64,000 bases of DNA from Candidatus Cloacimonadales bacterium (GTDB lineage Bacteria; Cloacimonadota; Cloacimonadia; Cloacimonadales; JAFGVF01). A program made the translations under genes and the position numbers. The notes under the pieces were generated by a model. The model was not told the origin of the DNA. It made no database searches and saw only the letters and a list, made by a program, of their open reading frames with translations. Below, in pieces: positions 1-10,920 of the stretch; positions within the stretch are counted from its first letter, which is position 1, and each line of letters opens with the position of its first letter. The stretch is from assembly GCA_963678315.1 (NCBI GenBank), contig OY782781.1:1280001-1344000 (forward strand), written 5' to 3'.

Positions 1-2
1 CT

Positions 3-860
3 TACTTCGAAATTGAGGAAGCTGATTCTTTAGAGGCTATTGACAAAGCTCTCTATAATTTCGGTGACCTAGTTAGCGTTGGAGTTGACCAAAATTCACA
101 GCTTATATTTATTTCTGCAGAGACAAAAGACAAGCTTCTATCAAAGAACATCTGTACATTCATGAGAGAAGAAATGGTAGAGTTCATTTCTGAAAAGAAA
201 AAGAAGGAATCAGAAAAAGAGTATTTATTCTTGCAAGGAAGAATGGCAGAATATGAGCAGCAGGCAAGTATTATATCTGATCAACTTTTAGAGTTTCAAA
301 GAAAGAACAAGATCATTTCATTAGAACCTCAAATACAACAATTGATTGTTTCTTATAGTGATATGGTAGCTAAGAAAATATTACTTGATACTCAAAAAGA
401 TCAATTAGTAAATTTGTATGGAGCAGATAATCCAACAGTTAGACTACTCATTGATCAAAGCAACTTATTAGACAAAAAGATTACAGAGTTTGAAACAAAA
501 GATGGTTTAAGTGACAGTGAATACCTCATTGGTTTAAGCTCCTTACCTGAAATCTCAGTTGAATACGCAAATATTTACATTCAATCACAAATACTGGAAA
601 AAGTTATAACAACTTTCTACCCACTCTTAGAGTCTGCTAAATTTTCTTACCTAAAGGATGCAGAACTAATTGAAGTTATTGATTATGAAAGAATTTCTGG
701 AATGAAATCAAAACCTAAGAGAGCTATAATAGTTATTGTCGTAACCTTCTTAAGTTGTGTCTTTTCTGTAATTTTATCTATTGTTTGGTATTCTCAAGAT
801 GAGAAAAATAGACAGAACTTGCTCTGTGAAGTTAAAAAGATTTGGAAGAAGAAATGTTAG
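3..860 (+). CDS. Wzz/GumC-like polysaccharide co-polymerase (chain-length determinant), 5'-truncated by window edge
   Basis: Frame is open from nt 3 (YFEIEEADSLEAID...), upstream of the Met at 162. Coiled-coil middle, then KSKPKRAIIVIV and a C-terminal TM helix. No tyrosine kinase domain. Confidence 0.75.
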   Translation, partial: YFEIEEADSLEAIDKALYNFGDLVSVGVDQNSQLIFISAETKDKLLSKNICTFMREEMVEFISEKKKKESEKEYLFLQGRMAEYEQQASIISDQLLEFQRKNKIISLEPQIQQLIVSYSDMVAKKILLDTQKDQLVNLYGADNPTVRLLIDQSNLLDKKITEFETKDGLSDSEYLIGLSSLPEISVEYANIYIQSQILEKVITTFYPLLESAKFSYLKDAELIEVIDYERISGMKSKPKRAIIVIVVTFLSCVFSVILSIVWYSQDEKNRQNLLCEVKKIWKKKC

Positions 861-1984
861 AATTAATACTTGATATAAATGATATTATTAAGAAATGTAT
901 AAAGCACAAATGGCTAATTATTGGTTTCTTTTTATCTTCTTTCACAGTAGGTATCTTATTCTTGATTTTCGGAACAGAGTTATGGACTTCTTCAGCAACT
1001 ATTAAAACTTTTAAAACAGAGACTTTCACAGTTCCTAACAGTGAAACTATATCTTTAAATCTAGATTATTTCCAACTTGATATACTCAATCCTGAGAGGG
1101 AGAATTTACACAGTAGTAAGCTTGTTGATTCAAAGAGATTTGCCTATAAAACTATGGAAAAATTTGATTTAGTAAACTACTTCGAAATTGAAGAAGAGGA
1201 TAGTTTAAAAACTAGAGATTTATGCTTGAAGAAATACTATGAAGATGTATTGACTGCTTCTTATGATGAAGAATCAGAATTAGTGATTATTAGAGCAAAG
1301 ACTAAGGATAGGCAACTTTCCAAAGATATTGTCGATTTCCAAATTGCTGAGCTTAGAAATTACTATTTAAATAATTTCTTCAATTATAAGAGTGAATTAC
1401 TAGATTTCCTTAATGCTAGATTGACTTCTATTGAGTTAAAAAGAAGTCTCTTGCTAACTGAATTAAAGAAAGATGAATACACAAAGAACTCAAACTTTTT
1501 ACAAGAGAAAGTAACTAGTAAGTTAGAACTATATTATAGCCTTTTGCAAAAGAAGATAACTAACGAGATTCAGATAGATATTGCAAAAAAGATGTATGGT
1601 GAGTTAAATCCTGCAACTGAAGAGTTGATAGTTAAAAATCAAGCTATTGATTCTAAACTTAAGGATTTAGAAGAAAAGAGAATGGGGCTTATTTCTGGTT
1701 TTAATGATATACCCAAGAATGCAATTGAACATAAAAAACTAGAGTTTGAACTATCAATCTATGATGATTTATATGGATATGTGAAGAAAACTATTGAGGC
1801 AACTAATATTGATAAATTAAGAGAACAAAAGGTTTTAGAAATAGTTGATGATTCTTATTTAGCAGGTATTAGGACCTCTCCTGATACAAAGATTGTTTTA
1901 AGCCTTTGCCTTATTATTTCTTTGACCCTATCATTCTTGAGCATTGTCTTTATTGAAGATGTTCTACCTAGATTGGAGAAATAA
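854..1984 (+). CDS. Wzz/GumC-like polysaccharide co-polymerase, second paralog
   Basis: N-terminal TM (KHKWLIIGFF...), coiled coil, RTSPDTK + C-terminal TM. ATG at 854 overlaps the upstream stop. Confidence 0.75.
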   Translation: MLELILDINDIIKKCIKHKWLIIGFFLSSFTVGILFLIFGTELWTSSATIKTFKTETFTVPNSETISLNLDYFQLDILNPERENLHSSKLVDSKRFAYKTMEKFDLVNYFEIEEEDSLKTRDLCLKKYYEDVLTASYDEESELVIIRAKTKDRQLSKDIVDFQIAELRNYYLNNFFNYKSELLDFLNARLTSIELKRSLLLTELKKDEYTKNSNFLQEKVTSKLELYYSLLQKKITNEIQIDIAKKMYGELNPATEELIVKNQAIDSKLKDLEEKRMGLISGFNDIPKNAIEHKKLEFELSIYDDLYGYVKKTIEATNIDKLREQKVLEIVDDSYLAGIRTSPDTKIVLSLCLIISLTLSFLSIVFIEDVLPRLEK

Positions 1985-1989
1985 CAGTA

Positions 1990-3408
1990 ATGTCGTCAAT
2001 GGTTAAATCAAGTCTATGGATATTCTTCTGCTCTTTTTTTATAAGGATATTTAGTTTTATCTCGAATCCCATAATGGCTAGGAATTATCCTAAAGCAGAT
2101 ATAGCCGAGTTTCGTTCTTTACAAGCTTTGATATTATTAGTCTTTACTTTAATTCCAATAGGTTCAAACCTTCTCTATTTAGCTGAGAAGAAAGAGTTTA
2201 GAAGCAAATACTGGAATCAGTTTATCTCATTTTCAGTTATAGGTTCTGTAATTTCTATAATAGTGCTATTGTTTATTTCAGGGGGAATGTATCAGAAAGT
2301 CCCCATGCTGAATCTGATAGTCATATTAATTCCGCTTACATTAATATTAAAAAATATATATACCACTAAACTTACTGAGAAGATTGATTTTAAGAAGATT
2401 TCCTTAGCACAAATGATTCATCATACCCTTAATAATATACTTATAATAGTTGGTGCCTACACTTTAAAATCTATTGAAATATTAATAGCATCACTTATCT
2501 TTACAGAGATCTTAGAGATAGTAGTTTTAGCTGTTTATACAAAGAAATACACGGTAAAACTGAATAATAACAAGCTAATTATATTTGATAGGAAGACTCA
2601 GAATTTTACTTTTTTTGTAGGATTAAGTACTATTATTGTTAACTTTGCTTTGCAACTACCAACCATTTTAGCAGTAAACTTAATGGGGAGTGAGCTAGCT
2701 GTAGAATTTCAAATGCCTCTTATCTTAATAGGTGTTCCTGTTGTAATGATAGTACAAGCAGTTAGTAAAGTATTTTTACCGCTATTCTCAAATAATCCAG
2801 AGAATGAATTTATTCAGCAAAAAATTTTTATTACCCAATATATCTACTGGTTTGTTGGCTTCTCAATAATGTACTTTGTTTGGTGGTTTGCTAAAGACAT
2901 TACTTATTTAGTGATTAACCCTGAGTGGAAGAACTCAATATTAGCCTTAAAATTCTTCTCAATATTTATGTTTATTAATATACTTCAAAACTCTTTATCT
3001 CAAATAGCGCTGATTAAGAATAAACCTAGCGTTCAGTTTTATTACTCTATTTTTCTTTTGATAGGAAGAATTATCTCATTATATATAGGCTTCAAACACT
3101 ATGGGTTTTACGGTTCAGTTATAGCCTTCACTATTACTGATTCAGTAGTTAGATTAGCTAGATTAATAATAGACCTTCATCTTATAGATGTTAAATTAGT
3201 TGACTACTTAAGATATGTTAAGATCCCAATCTTATATTGCATAACATTGATCAGCTTATCGTATCTTCTAGCTAGCATAAATATCAAGGAATATATGTCC
3301 TTTATAATTGCAATCCTTCTTAGTATATTTATTTATGCTTTCATAGATAGAAAGAAATTATCTGAATTATATAAGTCTTTTGTTAAAGGATTTGCTAAAA
3401 ATGGATAA
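1990..3408 (+). CDS. wzx: Wzx-type oligosaccharide flippase
   Basis: 472 aa polytopic membrane protein starting MVKSSLWIFF, inside a polysaccharide locus. Confidence 0.75.
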   Translation: MSSMVKSSLWIFFCSFFIRIFSFISNPIMARNYPKADIAEFRSLQALILLVFTLIPIGSNLLYLAEKKEFRSKYWNQFISFSVIGSVISIIVLLFISGGMYQKVPMLNLIVILIPLTLILKNIYTTKLTEKIDFKKISLAQMIHHTLNNILIIVGAYTLKSIEILIASLIFTEILEIVVLAVYTKKYTVKLNNNKLIIFDRKTQNFTFFVGLSTIIVNFALQLPTILAVNLMGSELAVEFQMPLILIGVPVVMIVQAVSKVFLPLFSNNPENEFIQQKIFITQYIYWFVGFSIMYFVWWFAKDITYLVINPEWKNSILALKFFSIFMFINILQNSLSQIALIKNKPSVQFYYSIFLLIGRIISLYIGFKHYGFYGSVIAFTITDSVVRLARLIIDLHLIDVKLVDYLRYVKIPILYCITLISLSYLLASINIKEYMSFIIAILLSIFIYAFIDRKKLSELYKSFVKGFAKNG

Positions 3409-4699
3409 GCTCAAAATATCTACATATACTCATCTTTTTTTGCTATCAACAGGGATAACCTTTATTGCTTGTTTATATCCGATAACTATGTTCTTCTCCT
3501 TAATTGTTATGCTTGTTTCAGCTTTCGTTGTTAAAGGGAAGTTCAAGAGTATCTTTTTAATATATCAGATAACACCATTAATTAATACTTTTTGGATGTA
3601 TTATGCTAAGACTTCAGGGTCAATAAATCGGTATTTCTTAGTATATTTAGTAATCTTATTTTTCATATTAGCTTATGCTGTGATACATAAGAAAATAAAG
3701 CTATTTTTAGGTCGATTTGAGCTATTCTCAATAGTGTTTTTTAGTTACTTAGTTATATCTACTCTTCTTTTCTCAGAATACAAAGATTATGGTTTTGAGA
3801 AGCTAACTTATCTAATGTTTACATGTTATGGCTCATTGATAGTTTATGTCTTTTATAATAGCAAGAAATCTATGGATTATCTTTTGGCCAGTGTTTCAAT
3901 CTTTGCTTTTATTATAACAATAATAGCAATCGTAACACCACTTGACTATCACTTAATTTTTGGTGAATATTTTGAGAAAAGACTAACTACCTTTAAACTT
4001 AATCCAATCTGGATTGCAAGGTATCTTTCCTATGGATTAATAGCAAACATTTACTTGATTATCAAATATAGAAATAAAATTATTCCTATTGTTGTTCTAT
4101 CAATATTATCTGTTTTTGAAGTAATATATTTCTTTAGAGCTGATTCACGAGCGCCAACAATAGCATTGTTAATGGGTATTATGCTATTTGTCTTTTTTCG
4201 ATATAGAAAAAATAAAATAGTTTTGTATTCACTAATTGTTTCTATCTTGGCAATGAGTATTTTTGTCTATCTGAACTTACAATCTTTATCTTCAACAAGG
4301 CTTACTGGTGGAGGAACAGCTAACTCTAGTTCTTATCAAAGAATAATAGCTCAATACCAAGCCTATGAATTATTAAAAGAAAACTATATTTTTGGAGGGG
4401 GGTTTGGCTCTTTTGCTAAATTCTATTTAGAATATCCTCATAATATCTTTTCTGAAATAACAAGTGAAACTGGTTTGATTGGACTAGTTTTATTGCTTAC
4501 AATGTTAGTTACTTCAGCATCAAATGCACTCAAACTTTTAAAGAAGTCAGAGGACTTAATAACAATCACTATGTTGGTACTTCTTGTTATGTCCTTTATA
4601 AATGTCAACTTTAGTGGTCATGTAGGGATAAATCCATATTTTTGGATATTCCTCTCTGCGGTAAACATCTTATTCTTAAAATCGAAAGAGGTAAAATGA
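3401..4699 (+). CDS. O-antigen polymerase/ligase family protein (Wzy/WaaL)
   Basis: Polytopic; SRAP, SSYQRI, IFGGGFGSF and YPHNIFSEI..ETGLIG Wzy_C motifs. Likely start ATG 3401. Confidence 0.8.
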   Translation: MDKLKISTYTHLFLLSTGITFIACLYPITMFFSLIVMLVSAFVVKGKFKSIFLIYQITPLINTFWMYYAKTSGSINRYFLVYLVILFFILAYAVIHKKIKLFLGRFELFSIVFFSYLVISTLLFSEYKDYGFEKLTYLMFTCYGSLIVYVFYNSKKSMDYLLASVSIFAFIITIIAIVTPLDYHLIFGEYFEKRLTTFKLNPIWIARYLSYGLIANIYLIIKYRNKIIPIVVLSILSVFEVIYFFRADSRAPTIALLMGIMLFVFFRYRKNKIVLYSLIVSILAMSIFVYLNLQSLSSTRLTGGGTANSSSYQRIIAQYQAYELLKENYIFGGGFGSFAKFYLEYPHNIFSEITSETGLIGLVLLLTMLVTSASNALKLLKKSEDLITITMLVLLVMSFINVNFSGHVGINPYFWIFLSAVNILFLKSKEVK

Positions 4700-5985
4700 A
4701 GAAAATTCTCTATATAGTATATTATTTTCCACCTTACCAAATTACGGACTCATTTAGAGCTACTAGAGTTGCCAAATTCCTTCCTGATAATGGAATCAAA
4801 CCTATAGTCTTAACTGGCTATGAAGGAAAACATCATTGGCAAGAAAAGACTTTAGATGAACTTCCTCCTGAAGTAGAAATACATAGAGTATCTAATCCTA
4901 TAAGTTATAAAAGAAAGAATAGTGTAAATCTGTATAAAGAAACAAGCAAACTTCAGAAGTTTAAGAATAGACTTATCATGACCCTAAAGGATATTGTGAT
5001 ATCTCCTGATTCATATATAATATGGACACTAAAGATTATACCAACAGCAATAAAGCTTATTAAAAAGCATAAAATAGACCATGTCATGATTTGCATAGGA
5101 CCTTATTCTCCAGCTTTAGCAGGATATATTCTAAAGAAATTAACAGGCGTAACTTATACATTAGATTACCGAGATGAGTGGCGTAAAAATTATAAAGGTA
5201 CTTCAGAGCTTTTTGAAAGACAGGTAAAACCTGAATCTCTTCCAAGAAGGTTCTGGAATAACTTTTGGGAAAAGAGATGTGTTGAGAATGCTAAGAATGT
5301 ATTTACTGTGTCTAAGCACATGACTGATGTTATCAAGAAGTTCTATCCCAAGCAGAAAAGAGCTTTTGCTTGTTATAATGGTTTTGTCAAAAGTGAATAT
5401 AGTCATTTAGATAGCAGTCCTAAGCCTACTACTGATATTCTCCAATTCTATTATATTGGTCATTTTGATGTAGATTCTTTATCTTACAATCCTATAAAAT
5501 TCCTGTCTGGCTATAAATCCTTTTTAAAAAATTCAGAATATAAGGCTCAGTTGCATTTATTTGGTGATATGAATGAACAAACTAAAGCTTTAATTACTAA
5601 ACTTGCACTAGATAATGACATAGTAATACATGGTAGATTTGAACATTCTACCTTACTTAAAAAGCTTATGAAAGCTGATTTTTTTGTTCAGTTCTGTTAT
5701 CCTGATTTACATCCTGAAACTCTTTCATTAAAAATGTTTGAATATGTGTTTCTCAATAAACCGATTATTTCTTTCTCTAGTGAAGTAGGGGAGATGGCTA
5801 GCTTTATTAAAGAAACAAGATCTGGCTACACATGTTGGGGATATGATGAAAACTCTATAGAGAAGTTGTTTCATAAGATTATTGAATTCCCTAAAGAAGA
5901 ACTTTTTTCTCCAGAACGTAAAGAAATCATTGAAAAATATAACTTTGAAAAGATTGTTAGCTTTATGGCTAGCAAATTGAAGTAG
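4696..5985 (+). CDS. Glycosyltransferase family 4-like
   Basis: MKKILYIVYYFPP start, LDYRDEW, KMFEY..LNKPI. ATGA overlap with the upstream stop. Confidence 0.8.
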   Translation: MKKILYIVYYFPPYQITDSFRATRVAKFLPDNGIKPIVLTGYEGKHHWQEKTLDELPPEVEIHRVSNPISYKRKNSVNLYKETSKLQKFKNRLIMTLKDIVISPDSYIIWTLKIIPTAIKLIKKHKIDHVMICIGPYSPALAGYILKKLTGVTYTLDYRDEWRKNYKGTSELFERQVKPESLPRRFWNNFWEKRCVENAKNVFTVSKHMTDVIKKFYPKQKRAFACYNGFVKSEYSHLDSSPKPTTDILQFYYIGHFDVDSLSYNPIKFLSGYKSFLKNSEYKAQLHLFGDMNEQTKALITKLALDNDIVIHGRFEHSTLLKKLMKADFFVQFCYPDLHPETLSLKMFEYVFLNKPIISFSSEVGEMASFIKETRSGYTCWGYDENSIEKLFHKIIEFPKEELFSPERKEIIEKYNFEKIVSFMASKLK

Positions 5986-5993
5986 GAGACGAC

Positions 5994-6992
5994 ATGAATA
6001 TTTTAATAATCCATACTTGGGGAATTGGAGATATGATAATGTTCTCTCCCATATTAAAAGCTATTCAACAAAATATAAGCAATAGCAACATAGACTTTTT
6101 GATTACTTCAAAAGCAGCCTCATTCCCAATAGCTAAGTGTAAGAACATTAATAAAATATACTTTTGTGAGAATTCTATACAATCTTTTGTAAAGAAAGCT
6201 CTTGAACTAAGATCAACTAATTATGACTATATTTATGTTACAACTGGAGTAACTCCTTGGAAATCAGCTTTGTTTCTATCTTTGCTGAGAAGTAAAAACA
6301 AGATTGGTGAGTATAGAGAAAGGAAGTTACCTTTTATTTTTACTAAACAATACAAGTTCCAAAAGACAGAACATAAAATAGTTACCAATAGTCTTCTATT
6401 TTCTGATTTACTTAGCCAAGGAAAGGTTGAAAACAAGCCAGTATTTTGTTTAGATGATTCTGATAGGACTTTTGCTGAAGACTACCTCATAGAAAAAGCA
6501 TTTGATAAATCAAGAAAACTGTTCGGTATCCATCCTGGTTGTAATCAAAAGTATTCTTTTAAACGCTGGCCTCTTGAACACTATATTGAGCTGATTAAAA
6601 AACTACAAAGAAGAGAAGATATAGATATTATTGTCTTTATTGGTCCTGATGAGAAAGATATTGGTGCTAAAATTAATCAAGCGACCGGTGTTCATTGCAC
6701 TAATAACCTGAATATGTTTCAGACAGCATCACTTCTAGAAAAATGTCATTACTTCTTAAATAGTGATTCTGGTCTTGGCCATGTTGCAGCATGTTTTGAT
6801 GTTGAATTGTTTATTATCTTTGGTCCATCTAATGAGAAAGTAAACGCACCAATTTCAGATAAATGTCATATTCTTAGAGGAAAAGTTGCTCCTCCTCCAA
6901 TAAGCGAATACCATAATCTTACCCAACCACCAAAGTGTTTAACTGAGTTTTATCCTGAAGAAGTTTATTCTATTATAGAAAAGTATATATGA
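5994..6992 (+). CDS. Glycosyltransferase family 9 (ADP-heptose:LPS heptosyltransferase-like)
   Basis: GIGDMIM, GIHPG...KRWP, DSGLGHVAA and IFGPS motifs. Confidence 0.85.
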   Translation: MNILIIHTWGIGDMIMFSPILKAIQQNISNSNIDFLITSKAASFPIAKCKNINKIYFCENSIQSFVKKALELRSTNYDYIYVTTGVTPWKSALFLSLLRSKNKIGEYRERKLPFIFTKQYKFQKTEHKIVTNSLLFSDLLSQGKVENKPVFCLDDSDRTFAEDYLIEKAFDKSRKLFGIHPGCNQKYSFKRWPLEHYIELIKKLQRREDIDIIVFIGPDEKDIGAKINQATGVHCTNNLNMFQTASLLEKCHYFLNSDSGLGHVAACFDVELFIIFGPSNEKVNAPISDKCHILRGKVAPPPISEYHNLTQPPKCLTEFYPEEVYSIIEKYI

Positions 6993-6995
6993 AGC

Positions 6996-8144
6996 TTAAG
7001 ACCTAAGAGTTGACCAAGTAGCAACTTGTTTTCCTGTTAGAAATCTGTTAAATGCTAGAATAGAACATAAGAACATCACAACAAAGTAACCTGGAAGTTT
7101 GGTTAATTTCTTAAGAGGGCTTTTGTTGGATATTGCTAAATCTAAAGAACCTATTCCATAGAAAATAACTTGTAGCAGGAATACAATAGTGAAGAAACTT
7201 ACTTTAAATTCAACAAGAAAAGCATTGCTTACGAACATTCCAATAACAAATAAGAAGAATAACCATCTAAGAATCTTATGTGAAATTAAAGAAAATGAAG
7301 CATAAGGATTAGAAAATGGATTTAATAAACTTGCATGTCTGAAGGTAGCAAACCATTCTCTAGAAATGATTCTAATCTTCCTTTTGAACTCATCTTTATT
7401 TTCTTCTGAAACTTCTTCTTCTACAATCGCTTTTGGTTCGTATTTAGCATTATATCCTTTTTGAAGTGTTATCAAAGTCCTTTCATAATCATCTACAGAA
7501 CTTGGGTGTATCTGAGTGAATAGCTCTCTTTTTATTAAGAAGATTGAACCATTAGCTACAATGATTGATTTTGTCTTAGATTCACTATCTCTAATTGCAT
7601 TCTCATATTTCCAGTAAAGTCCCTCTCCAGAAGAATTTCCATCCTTAGCAAAATATCTTAACTGGCCAGCCACTAAACCTGTTTTCTCATCATCTTCAAT
7701 CTTATTCACTAAGTGCTTAATTGCATCAGGTCTAAAAAGAGAATTAGCATCTGTAGAAAGCACATAATCACAATCTAAAGTCGGCTCTACCATATTGTGG
7801 CCAGATGGTTTACCTCTTCTAGGTTTTTGAACAGCTAAAGAAACATTGCTATGTTGTAAAGCGTATTTTTCAACTATTGAATTTGTATTATCTTCAGAAT
7901 CATCAGAAATAACTAGGATTTTTATCTTATCTTTTGGGTAATCTAAAGCAATAAAAGATTCAATCTTTTCTGCAATTACATCTTCTTCATTAAAAGCAGG
8001 GCATAGCACTACTATGCTAGGTGTGTTCTTGCATTGAGATACTTCTTTATCTTTACAAAATCTTGAAATTATATTAATTAAAATTGGGTATAAAACTATA
8101 TGATAAACTAATAAAGTCAGTGAAATCCAAAATATATATGTCAT
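6996..8144 (-). CDS. Glycosyltransferase family 2 (CesA-like), membrane-anchored
   Basis: PAFNEE, SDDSED, TDAN, GEGLYWKYE, HKILRW. Converges on the GT9 gene. Confidence 0.85.
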   Translation of the reverse strand: MTYIFWISLTLLVYHIVLYPILINIISRFCKDKEVSQCKNTPSIVVLCPAFNEEDVIAEKIESFIALDYPKDKIKILVISDDSEDNTNSIVEKYALQHSNVSLAVQKPRRGKPSGHNMVEPTLDCDYVLSTDANSLFRPDAIKHLVNKIEDDEKTGLVAGQLRYFAKDGNSSGEGLYWKYENAIRDSESKTKSIIVANGSIFLIKRELFTQIHPSSVDDYERTLITLQKGYNAKYEPKAIVEEEVSEENKDEFKRKIRIISREWFATFRHASLLNPFSNPYASFSLISHKILRWLFFLFVIGMFVSNAFLVEFKVSFFTIVFLLQVIFYGIGSLDLAISNKSPLKKLTKLPGYFVVMFLCSILAFNRFLTGKQVATWSTLRS

Positions 8145-8384
8145 AAATAATCCTTTTCTTTCAGTTATTCTAAAAACATATAGATATTAAGACTGTCAAG
8201 TTTTTATCAGAAGCTAAGCATAATCATCTATTTAATCAAATAAATACTATGACTGAAATGCAATTGATTGTCTATTTTGAGGTAATCGCTTTTATATAAA
8301 GAGGGGGTAAGCAATATTACAACTAACAAGGAAGGAATATAAGATATTTCCTTCCTCATAAAAGCTCCTTGTGGAAAAAGTTAA

Positions 8385-9581
8385 TTATTTAATTCTCTCC
8401 TCCAAATCAGCTAATGCATTTATAAAGTATATGTAAGCTTGGTCTGGGGAATCATAAGGAGAGAAATATTTGTGTACATCACCATCGTTGAAGTACTTAG
8501 TACACATATAGTAGAAATGGTCAGAAGTTGTAAGCTTTCTAGCAACTTCTAAAAGGTCTTTATCTCCGTTCTCTTTAATTCTTTCGAAAAGTTCATAGAG
8601 AGTTTCAATTGAGTTATGTTGCATATCATTTTCTAACCAAGCTGAAAGATCTCTTTCTTCATCAGCCCAAGATACAGCTTGAGGGAATCCTAATGGCTCT
8701 TGTTGGTAATTAACCAATTTAGATACTTCTTTAGGAGTTGCAAATCCCATATGCTCGTACTTAAGTACTTCTTGTGGCAGTTTCTCCATAAAGTCAAAGA
8801 TGCCAGTTTCAGCCCATTGATGTTCTCCAAATGTTTCATAATCCATGAAGAGATTAAGGAATTGGTTACGATTATTATCGTTATTCCATGTTAGCTGGTC
8901 CATCCATTTAATAAACTTATCAGTTGTTAGTGGATACTGTGACCAGTTCTTATCAGAGAATCTGAAAGCTATATCATCAGAAAGTTGATATGATTTAAGA
9001 AGTAGGTTCATGGTTCTAGAATAGTTTTTGTAAGCGTAAAGCGGGGTTCTCCATCCAAGAACTCTTGGCACACCTTCAGTGAGAATTGTATTAAATCTAC
9101 CTGTTTCAAAAACAAGGTCAGATACTCTATCCTGGTAAATCAACTCAGTATTTCTAAAGGTCGTAGGGGTTTGTCCAAACTCTTCTTCAATAAGCTTAGT
9201 ATGCATATCTACTTGTTCAAGAAATTCATCTTTATTGTAGAGGAATGAAAGAGAGTGGTAATAAGTCTCTCCGATAAATTCAACGCAGCCTGTTTCAGCT
9301 AGAGCTTTAAATGAATCAAGCACTTCAGGGTAATATTCCTTGAATTGGTTAATTGATATTCCTGAAATAGAATAGGCGATCTTGAACTTACCTTTATGCT
9401 TTTTAATTAACTCAAGCATCAACTTATTAGTTGGTAGATAGCACTTGTCAGCTACTTTTCTCATTACTTTGTAATTAAGTTTATCATCAAAATATGATTC
9501 ATCAGAACCAATATCCATAACATTAAGATGTCGCAATCTGTAAGGTTGATGAACCTGGAAATAGAATACGATATTAAGCAT
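8385..9581 (-). CDS. Glycoside hydrolase family 57 (alpha-amylase-like)
   Basis: FQVHQP, ETYYHSL, FRNTEL (nucleophile), FMDYETFGEHQ, SWAD. ATG at 9581 follows GGAGG. Confidence 0.9.
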   Translation of the reverse strand: MLNIVFYFQVHQPYRLRHLNVMDIGSDESYFDDKLNYKVMRKVADKCYLPTNKLMLELIKKHKGKFKIAYSISGISINQFKEYYPEVLDSFKALAETGCVEFIGETYYHSLSFLYNKDEFLEQVDMHTKLIEEEFGQTPTTFRNTELIYQDRVSDLVFETGRFNTILTEGVPRVLGWRTPLYAYKNYSRTMNLLLKSYQLSDDIAFRFSDKNWSQYPLTTDKFIKWMDQLTWNNDNNRNQFLNLFMDYETFGEHQWAETGIFDFMEKLPQEVLKYEHMGFATPKEVSKLVNYQQEPLGFPQAVSWADEERDLSAWLENDMQHNSIETLYELFERIKENGDKDLLEVARKLTTSDHFYYMCTKYFNDGDVHKYFSPYDSPDQAYIYFINALADLEERIK

Positions 9582-10920
9582 TTTCCCTCCTATGATTAGC
9601 AATTACATCTTCAAAGATAGCTTTTACTTGCTCAGCTGATCTATCCCACTGGATTTCTTTAACTTCTTCTGCTCCAAGCTTACCTATTCTTTCACACTCT
9701 TGTGGATTTTCTATCAGGTAATTCAAGGTCTCAGCCATTTCATCAATATTCCAGAAGTCAATTTTATAAGCATTTTCTACAACTTCCGAAACACCAGACT
9801 GTTTAGATATAATTGAAGTTATTCCGTAAGCCATCGCTTCCAGTGGAGCTATACCAAAAGGTTCTGATACTGAAGGTAACATATAGATATCTGCAATTCT
9901 AAGAATTCTTTCAACTTGCTTTCTATTAAGGAAGCCAGCGAATAGAAATCTATTCTTTAAACGCATGGAAGCAGATGAATGAAGAATCTTTCTAGCCATA
10001 TCACCAGTTCCTGCCATTATAAATCTAACATCTGGGTGTTTTCTTAAGACTTTCTGTGCTACTGACAGGAAGTAATCAGGTCCTTTCTGAATAGTAATTC
10101 TACCCAAGAAGAGGACAACTTTTCCTCTAAACATCTTCTCTTTCTTAATCTCATCATCCATATCTATAGAAAAGGCATTATGAACAATTTCAACTTTGCC
10201 AGTATCTAATTGATAACGAGAGATTAGCATTTGAGCTGTATATTTAGAGACTGCAATAACTCTATCAGCGTAACGCATACCAGAATATTCAAGCTTATGT
10301 ATTCTATCATCACCTGGTCCACCAGCTCTATCAAACTCAGTAGCATGCATGTGAGTTACAAGGGGAGTGTTAGTCAGCTTTTTAACTATCATGCCAGCAG
10401 GATAGCAAAGCCAATCATTGGCATGAATTGCGTCAAAATGTACTTGTTCAGCCAATTTCTCTGCTCTAAAAGCCATCTCTTGAACTTTTTTAAAGATATT
10501 TTCATTACCTTGTAAATGTATAGAAATAGACTCAAAAACATCTTCCTCTGTCTTTTCTAAATACTCCTCTTGTCTAATTGAAGTAACAATGTCCTTGAAG
10601 TTTTTTACTTGGGCTGGAGTGTAATAAGTCTCGGGGATATAAGATACTCCTAGATACTCCATCTTCTCTTGAATAGTGTTGAACTTCTTAGTAGATACTA
10701 TTAGCTTTTTAGTAGGAACATTACTATCTAAATTAACAAAGGGGAGAGTGTCTGCGTCTTCTTCTTTTCGGAGAGGGAAGTAGACAAATTCTTTGGTTGG
10801 AAGGAACAAATCAATCTCTACACCGGCTTTTAGCAATGATTTTACTAATCCGTAAGAAGCCATAGCAAGTCCCCCTGCTATCATTGGTGGAAATTCCCAG
10901 GTAAGCATTAAAATACGCAT
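9574..10920 (-). CDS. GT4 glycosyltransferase, glycogen-synthase-like
   Basis: WEFPPMIAGGL, HANDW, HATEFDRAG, EPFGIAPLEAM. Lies between GH133 and GH57. Confidence 0.85.
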   Translation of the reverse strand: MRILMLTWEFPPMIAGGLAMASYGLVKSLLKAGVEIDLFLPTKEFVYFPLRKEEDADTLPFVNLDSNVPTKKLIVSTKKFNTIQEKMEYLGVSYIPETYYTPAQVKNFKDIVTSIRQEEYLEKTEEDVFESISIHLQGNENIFKKVQEMAFRAEKLAEQVHFDAIHANDWLCYPAGMIVKKLTNTPLVTHMHATEFDRAGGPGDDRIHKLEYSGMRYADRVIAVSKYTAQMLISRYQLDTGKVEIVHNAFSIDMDDEIKKEKMFRGKVVLFLGRITIQKGPDYFLSVAQKVLRKHPDVRFIMAGTGDMARKILHSSASMRLKNRFLFAGFLNRKQVERILRIADIYMLPSVSEPFGIAPLEAMAYGITSIISKQSGVSEVVENAYKIDFWNIDEMAETLNYLIENPQECERIGKLGAEEVKEIQWDRSAEQVKAIFEDVIANHRRENA

